The translations under genes and the position numbers were made by a program. From Candidatus Phycocordibacter aenigmaticus (GTDB taxonomy: Bacteria > Patescibacteriota > Minisyncoccia > Phycocordibacterales > Phycocordibacteraceae), in the NCBI GenBank assembly GCA_045401115.1, contig CP174359.1:547247-611246 (forward strand): a DNA stretch of 64,000 nt. Direction: 5' to 3'. Under the pieces are notes generated by a model. The model did no database searches. It was not told the origin of the DNA and saw nothing but the letters and a program-made list of their open reading frames with translations. This document shows positions 59,325 to 64,000 of this stretch, one piece after another. The first letter of the stretch is position 1. The number at the start of each line of letters is the position of its first letter.

Positions 59325-59627
59325 ATGGCAGATGCACGTACGTATCGTGATAGAGCTGAATATCTAAAGAAAGCAGTTACAGAACGAAGAAGAAAGTTGC
59401 GACGAATGGCTATTGAATATGGTGGCGGTAAATGTAATTTATGTGGGTATAAAAAATCCATCTATGCACTCACCTTTCATCACAGAGATCCAACTCAAAA
59501 AGATTTTGGGCTATCCGCTCGCGGCCTTACACGTTCCTGGGAGAAGATTAAGAAGGAAATTGATAAATGCACTTTGCTTTGCGCAAATTGCCATGCAGAG
59601 GTGCATGAAGGGCTTGTAGAGATGTAA
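59325..59627 (+). CDS. Small HNH endonuclease-like protein
   Basis: CNLCGY...FHHRDP...CTLLCANCHAEVH. Confidence 0.85.
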   Translation: MADARTYRDRAEYLKKAVTERRRKLRRMAIEYGGGKCNLCGYKKSIYALTFHHRDPTQKDFGLSARGLTRSWEKIKKEIDKCTLLCANCHAEVHEGLVEM

Positions 59628-59667
59628 AACCATCCCCACTACTCCCTACTAATTGGGTCGAAATTAA

Positions 59668-60387
59668 CTACCTTAATATGTTTAAGAATTCTTCCTGGGC
59701 TTGAGTTGCATCTCGAAGTATATTTTCTAGAAAATCACCATAGGCACTAAAAGATTTATTGAGGTAAGGTATTGGGTTTTGTGTTGGGTTTGGATACCTA
59801 TCTAGAAAATCTCCAACGGGGGCTTGGCTACCCGCATAAAGTATCGTCAAACCAACCTGCGAATACTTTTCTCGCAGGTTCATAAATTTTTGCATTTTAT
59901 TCTGATCTAATTGATCTAGTAGCCTACCAAGATTTACCCCCACAATCATCTCAGTGCAATCAAGTAAGAGTCTAAAATTATCATGTAAACTTTTAGTTTT
60001 AAACTTAAACCACCTATGGGCATAAGTTTGTTGGAACTGCTCCCATGTATACAAATAAATATTAGTATTTTGGGCAGAAGCTATGGCTCCTGGCTGAAAA
60101 CCTTGAGAAGAGATTATAATTCCAAAATTTACCCCGACATCATGTATAACTGTTCTTAAGTCAGCAACAACTGATCTTGAAACTGGGCGTTGCCAATTTT
60201 TGCATTCGCAAATATAAATTGTATTAGGTTCAGAAGATATATCTGTCGCACACACATCTACCTGCACAGGCCCTCGAACCGTTTGTAAATTTTTTGAATG
60301 TTCAGTTTCATATCCAATATCTAAAAATACTTGTGAAACTTTCATCTCTAAATCTAACCAATCTTTTATTGGCTCAAAGAAAATCAT
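59668..60387 (-). CDS. Mrr_cat-like restriction endonuclease domain protein
   Basis: LE..V, QVDV, ICECKNW, GIIISSQGFQPGA. Confidence 0.82.
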   Translation of the reverse strand: MIFFEPIKDWLDLEMKVSQVFLDIGYETEHSKNLQTVRGPVQVDVCATDISSEPNTIYICECKNWQRPVSRSVVADLRTVIHDVGVNFGIIISSQGFQPGAIASAQNTNIYLYTWEQFQQTYAHRWFKFKTKSLHDNFRLLLDCTEMIVGVNLGRLLDQLDQNKMQKFMNLREKYSQVGLTILYAGSQAPVGDFLDRYPNPTQNPIPYLNKSFSAYGDFLENILRDATQAQEEFLNILR

Positions 60388-60480
60388 ATAAAAATTGTAG
60401 CATTGCAATTTTAATTCTGTCTTTTGCACTATTTTTCTTTGCTCCGCGAGTAACTCAGGTTGCCCGCGGTCGCATCCTCG

Positions 60481-60516
60481 GAAATGAAAAAGCCCCCAGA
60501 AGGGGCTATTCATTTC
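60481..60516. terminator. Hairpin in att-like intergenic region
   Basis: GAAATGAAAAAGCCCC-CAGAA-GGGGCTATTCATTTC. Confidence 0.5.
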
Positions 60517-60615
60517 ACTCGTATGCTCCGCATGCTGAACGAAGTTAGAACCTGCATCTAGGGGTTAATTGACTCAGAAATCGATGTGATTGGAGTAATT
60601 TGGTAAGATATAGAT

Positions 60616-61527
60616 ATGAGTCAGGTAAATTCAATTCCGTTCACAAATGATTCTCAAGCCAGATGGAAATTGGCGGAGCATATAAATACAGAAATCAAAC
60701 CGCCCAAGCAACTTTTGAAATGGGTTGGAAATAAACAGAGATACGCAACACAAATAGTCTCTCAATTCCCACACGAATATAATCGATACATAGAACCATT
60801 TGTTGGATCTGGGGCTATTCTGGCAACTGTAGCGCCCAAAAAAGGTATTGCCGGAGATACAATGTCACCTCTAATCGAAATGTGGGATCTGTTGAAGAAC
60901 GACCCAGAGTCGATCTACAAGCACTATGAAGATTTGTGGCAACAATTCCAACAAGAAGACAGAAAAACTGTATATAAAAAACTACTTGATTCATACAACG
61001 ATAACCCGAACCCTTTGGATTTAGTGTTTATTACAAGAAGCTGTTATGGAGGAATTGTACGATTCACAAAACAAGGTCGGATGAGCACTCCTCTCGGACC
61101 CCATAATCCAATTTCACCAGAATCGTTCTACGAACGTATGTATCTATGGAGACAGAGAATCCAAAATACAGATTTCTACAATAAATCATTCGAAGAGCTT
61201 ATAGGCATGGCTAAAGAGAATGATGTTGTCTATTGTGATCCGCCATACGTAGATTCACAAAGTATCTTATATGGTGCTCAGGCATTTGATATTAAGAAAA
61301 TGTGGGAAGAAATTGCTAAAGCAAAAAAACGGGGAGCATTCGTTGCTGTTTCTATTGATGGGAAGAAAAAATCTGGAAATAAAACAATAGAACTCGATAT
61401 ACCTGAGGGACTATTTGAGAAAGAAGTCTTTATAGAACTTGGATCTTCAATGCTTCGTCGCTTCCAAAAGAAAGATCAAACAATGGAAGGAGAAGATGTG
61501 CACGATAGACTTCTAATCACAAGTTAG
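60616..61527 (+). CDS. Dam/D12-class N6-adenine DNA methyltransferase
   Basis: LKWVGNK, YIEPFVGSGA, YCDPPY. Confidence 0.93.
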   Translation: MSQVNSIPFTNDSQARWKLAEHINTEIKPPKQLLKWVGNKQRYATQIVSQFPHEYNRYIEPFVGSGAILATVAPKKGIAGDTMSPLIEMWDLLKNDPESIYKHYEDLWQQFQQEDRKTVYKKLLDSYNDNPNPLDLVFITRSCYGGIVRFTKQGRMSTPLGPHNPISPESFYERMYLWRQRIQNTDFYNKSFEELIGMAKENDVVYCDPPYVDSQSILYGAQAFDIKKMWEEIAKAKKRGAFVAVSIDGKKKSGNKTIELDIPEGLFEKEVFIELGSSMLRRFQKKDQTMEGEDVHDRLLITS

Positions 61528-62349
61528 TTATTTCCAAGATCTTACAATTTTAGACCACCTATCTAAAATTTCTTTACCAAAAATAACTTCATCTACAAAA
61601 CCAGCATGCATCATGTCGACCATTCTACATAGATATGATTTACCGCAACTCCACCATGTGTAGTAGTCATCAACGATTAGATAATGTCCGACCTTGATGT
61701 CATCAGAAGATCGAAGATCATCAAGCTCGTAGCCATCAAGCAGAGTTTCATAAACACCATCAGCGACACGACTCCCAAACGTGGTTGTACCATAGTATTC
61801 CTTAATCTCCCATATTGCCCTTGGATTTGTAGTCGAGGGATATGCACCATCAACCCTCCTACTTAGCGTTTGTATAGGACTATCACCATTAGTAATTACT
61901 ATTAGACTTCTAGGGTCATGATCGAAATCTGCATTACCCAGAGCCTTGGCTGTGAGCATATTTACTATACCCGTTAAATAAGCATGGTGACGCTTTTCTC
62001 CTTTCTGCTTATTAAGAGGGAGAGGTACATCAATCTTTGATTCAGCTCTAAGCTTATCAAAAACTTCTTTCGCTTGATCTCTATTCATGAGGTTCTTTTC
62101 TGCATTCTTGGCAAGAAAATCTGACCTAAATTTAAAGTAATCAACCAGGTCCTGTCCCTCGTTGGTAACTTTTCCGTTTTTAATGATATGACTACCATCT
62201 AAACCAATAGTTTCTAGACATTTAACAATATCCTCAGCTGAATGCTTTTTGATTTCATCACCCTTTGAGTAGCCCAACTTCATTGAAATGAGTTTTACTT
62301 GTGCCCAGAACTTTTTAGGTTTATTAGAGAATTTCTCAGACTTTTGCAT
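61528..62349 (-). CDS. Probable type II restriction endonuclease cognate to the convergent MTase
   Basis: PD-(D/E)xK-like VDGAYP...WEIKEY; abuts the MTase tail-to-tail. Confidence 0.72.
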   Translation of the reverse strand: MQKSEKFSNKPKKFWAQVKLISMKLGYSKGDEIKKHSAEDIVKCLETIGLDGSHIIKNGKVTNEGQDLVDYFKFRSDFLAKNAEKNLMNRDQAKEVFDKLRAESKIDVPLPLNKQKGEKRHHAYLTGIVNMLTAKALGNADFDHDPRSLIVITNGDSPIQTLSRRVDGAYPSTTNPRAIWEIKEYYGTTTFGSRVADGVYETLLDGYELDDLRSSDDIKVGHYLIVDDYYTWWSCGKSYLCRMVDMMHAGFVDEVIFGKEILDRWSKIVRSWK

Positions 62350-62412
62350 TTACAAAGTATATCGAAAATGACCTTAAATGACCATGGAAACACAAAATGA
62401 TAAAATGGATAT

Positions 62413-63018
62413 ATGATCACAGATTTTCCTGAAGCAAAAAAACAAGCTCAAGAAGCTCTAAACAAGGTTCTTCAGAACGAGGTGCGACAAAAGACAGTGG
62501 TCGGAAACCTTGTTAACAACAGGGTTCTATATGAGGGCGACAAAATGGGAGTTGTGCAAGAAGACGGCAAACATGAAGTGAGTGATCTTCAACATGCTGA
62601 AAGTAGCTTTACTGTTGAACATAAGGAAATTCCTGAAATGACAGGAGGAAAGCTATTAGAAAAGGTTGATGCTGTTTCGGAAGAAATGGTAAGCCAGATG
62701 GAAAGAGGTCTGTTAAATACAATGTTTGAAGCAACAGAAAAAAGTGGAAATGTCATCAAGTCAGATGGCGAGTTTTCACAAGAAATGATGCTTGCCATGC
62801 TCGAAAAGTTACCAGCCGAGTTTGAAGATGATGATCGTAACAAACCTATCAGACCGTTCATGGTGGTTAGCCCTGAACAAAGTAAGAAAATAAAACAGCT
62901 TATGGAAGCAGAGACCGAAGAAGACAGACAAGCTTTTCACGAAAAAGAGAAAGTTATCCTTGATAGAAAATACAAGGAATATATGGATGACGTTAATTCA
63001 AGAAAGATTGTTGATTAG
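62413..63018 (+). CDS. Hypothetical protein, possible truncated HK97/encapsulin-like fold
   Basis: 201-aa ORF with TAAAAT -10 before ATG; fold resemblance is pattern-based only. Confidence 0.7.
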   Translation: MITDFPEAKKQAQEALNKVLQNEVRQKTVVGNLVNNRVLYEGDKMGVVQEDGKHEVSDLQHAESSFTVEHKEIPEMTGGKLLEKVDAVSEEMVSQMERGLLNTMFEATEKSGNVIKSDGEFSQEMMLAMLEKLPAEFEDDDRNKPIRPFMVVSPEQSKKIKQLMEAETEEDRQAFHEKEKVILDRKYKEYMDDVNSRKIVD

Positions 63019-63021
63019 TAT

Positions 63022-64000
63022 ATGGAAAAAGAAACCCAAGAAATAAATAAGTATCGTGATCCTTTCCTCCAAAGAGCTGTTGAACACTGGCTGGATTTAT
63101 CAAACGAACTTGGATATCAACCCTTGTTTTGTGAATGGCTGACAACTCGTGGGTACGTTCTTAAATACTCCATAAAAGACACAAGTTTTGAGCAAGGTAA
63201 AGATGTTGTGGCTGTATCACCCGACGGCGTAGCACATGGATATCAACTTAAGGGTGGAAACATAAGTCTTAAACGATGGAGATCAGAAGTTAAACCAGAA
63301 ATTGAGGCGTTAATAGAAATCCCAATTAAACACCCAGATATTGATGCAACAAAACCGCATGTATCCTATTTGGTTACAAATGGAGAAATAGACGACAGTG
63401 TTCGAGAAGATATCGTTGGACTAAATCAAGGACGCTGGAAAGAAACACCGCTGAAAATATACACTCGTGGAGATCTTTTAACCGGATTCCAAGATATTGC
63501 TGAGGGTATTCTTCCCAAAGATGCTGTTGCGTACAAACGCTTAATGGATTTGATATTTGCCGATGGTTCTGGTTTGCCAAACATAGGAGAAATACAATCG
63601 TTTTTGTATGGGTTGCTGAATATAGAAAATGACAAGACGCCTAAAGCTCAAAGAGGTCGAGACATTGCCGCCTCGATGCTATATCTCCAGATGATAATTG
63701 GACCCTACCGACATCGCAAAAACCATGGATCTGTTGTAAGAATTCAGACTGCGTTTATTGCCCTTATGTTTCACTTGGTTGATAAATATCAACTGGAAGA
63801 CAAGTACTGGTTGAACTCGTACAAGATTATATGGGGTGACCTACTATTGGTTGCAAAACAGCTGGAAGAAGAGATCAACAGCGAGGGATTCGAAGCTTCG
63901 TTTGTTGATGTCTTTGATGCTGATCTTATTCCATACAGGAAGCATAGTGCTGTATCGATTGTGTACCCACTTAAGCTAGCTCAACATGTAAATGACGATG
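63022..64000 (+). CDS. Partial ORF (runs off window) with N-terminal PD-(D/E)xK/Mrr-like nuclease domain
   Basis: Absent from the ORF track because it has no stop; read manually as open from ATG 63022: MEKETQ...NELGYQP...EQGKDVVAVSPDGVAHGYQLKGG...YLVTNG. Confidence 0.8.
   Translation, partial: MEKETQEINKYRDPFLQRAVEHWLDLSNELGYQPLFCEWLTTRGYVLKYSIKDTSFEQGKDVVAVSPDGVAHGYQLKGGNISLKRWRSEVKPEIEALIEIPIKHPDIDATKPHVSYLVTNGEIDDSVREDIVGLNQGRWKETPLKIYTRGDLLTGFQDIAEGILPKDAVAYKRLMDLIFADGSGLPNIGEIQSFLYGLLNIENDKTPKAQRGRDIAASMLYLQMIIGPYRHRKNHGSVVRIQTAFIALMFHLVDKYQLEDKYWLNSYKIIWGDLLLVAKQLEEEINSEGFEASFVDVFDADLIPYRKHSAVSIVYPLKLAQHVNDD

Noticed and set aside
62413-63018. Prophage capsid gene
   Set aside because: No terminase, portal, protease or tail genes nearby, and the protein is too short for a complete major capsid protein; kept only as a possible domesticated fold
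431-63635. Numerous 60-150-aa antisense or alternate-frame ORFs in the track
   Set aside because: They lie inside well-supported genes and lack motifs; treated as shadow ORFs
1-64000. Alternative genetic code (TGA=Gly, as in Gracilibacteria)
   Set aside because: Core genes are full length under code 11 and several (mrdA, ftsI, rsmH) end at TGA at the expected position

Overview
This window looks like chromosomal DNA from a Patescibacteria (CPR) bacterium, most likely Parcubacteria. That assignment is inferred from compact gene order, two mreB paralogues, a short ProS, a helicase-degenerate PriA, frequent -10 boxes immediately before ATG, and normal code 11 with TGA stops. Positions 1-34 kb are mostly core genes: rplI, ctpA, corA, dnaB, recR, rplU, rmuC, a P-type ATPase, mraZ-rsmH-ftsL-ftsI-murF, lysS, greA, mreBCD-mrdA, proS, rseP, frr, murA, priA, def and fmt. 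This part also holds tRNA-Glu(CTC), surrounded by inverted copies of its own ends, a 125-nt palindromic MITE/RPE-like element and a (CPxCxC)x3 peptide. Positions 35-45 kb carry small accessory genes, and those at 40.6-44.9 kb are separated by a family of REP-like hairpins. Positions 45-64 kb are largely a defence island. It contains a type I RM operon with an OLD-like ABC-ATPase/TOPRIM gene in the PrrC position and a NucS-like nuclease, a small HNH protein, an Mrr-like nuclease, and a convergent Dam-family MTase/REase pair. It ends in an uncharacterised two-gene operon (possible truncated HK97-fold protein plus a PD-(D/E)xK nuclease) that runs off the window. All calls come from motif reading; no database searches were run.
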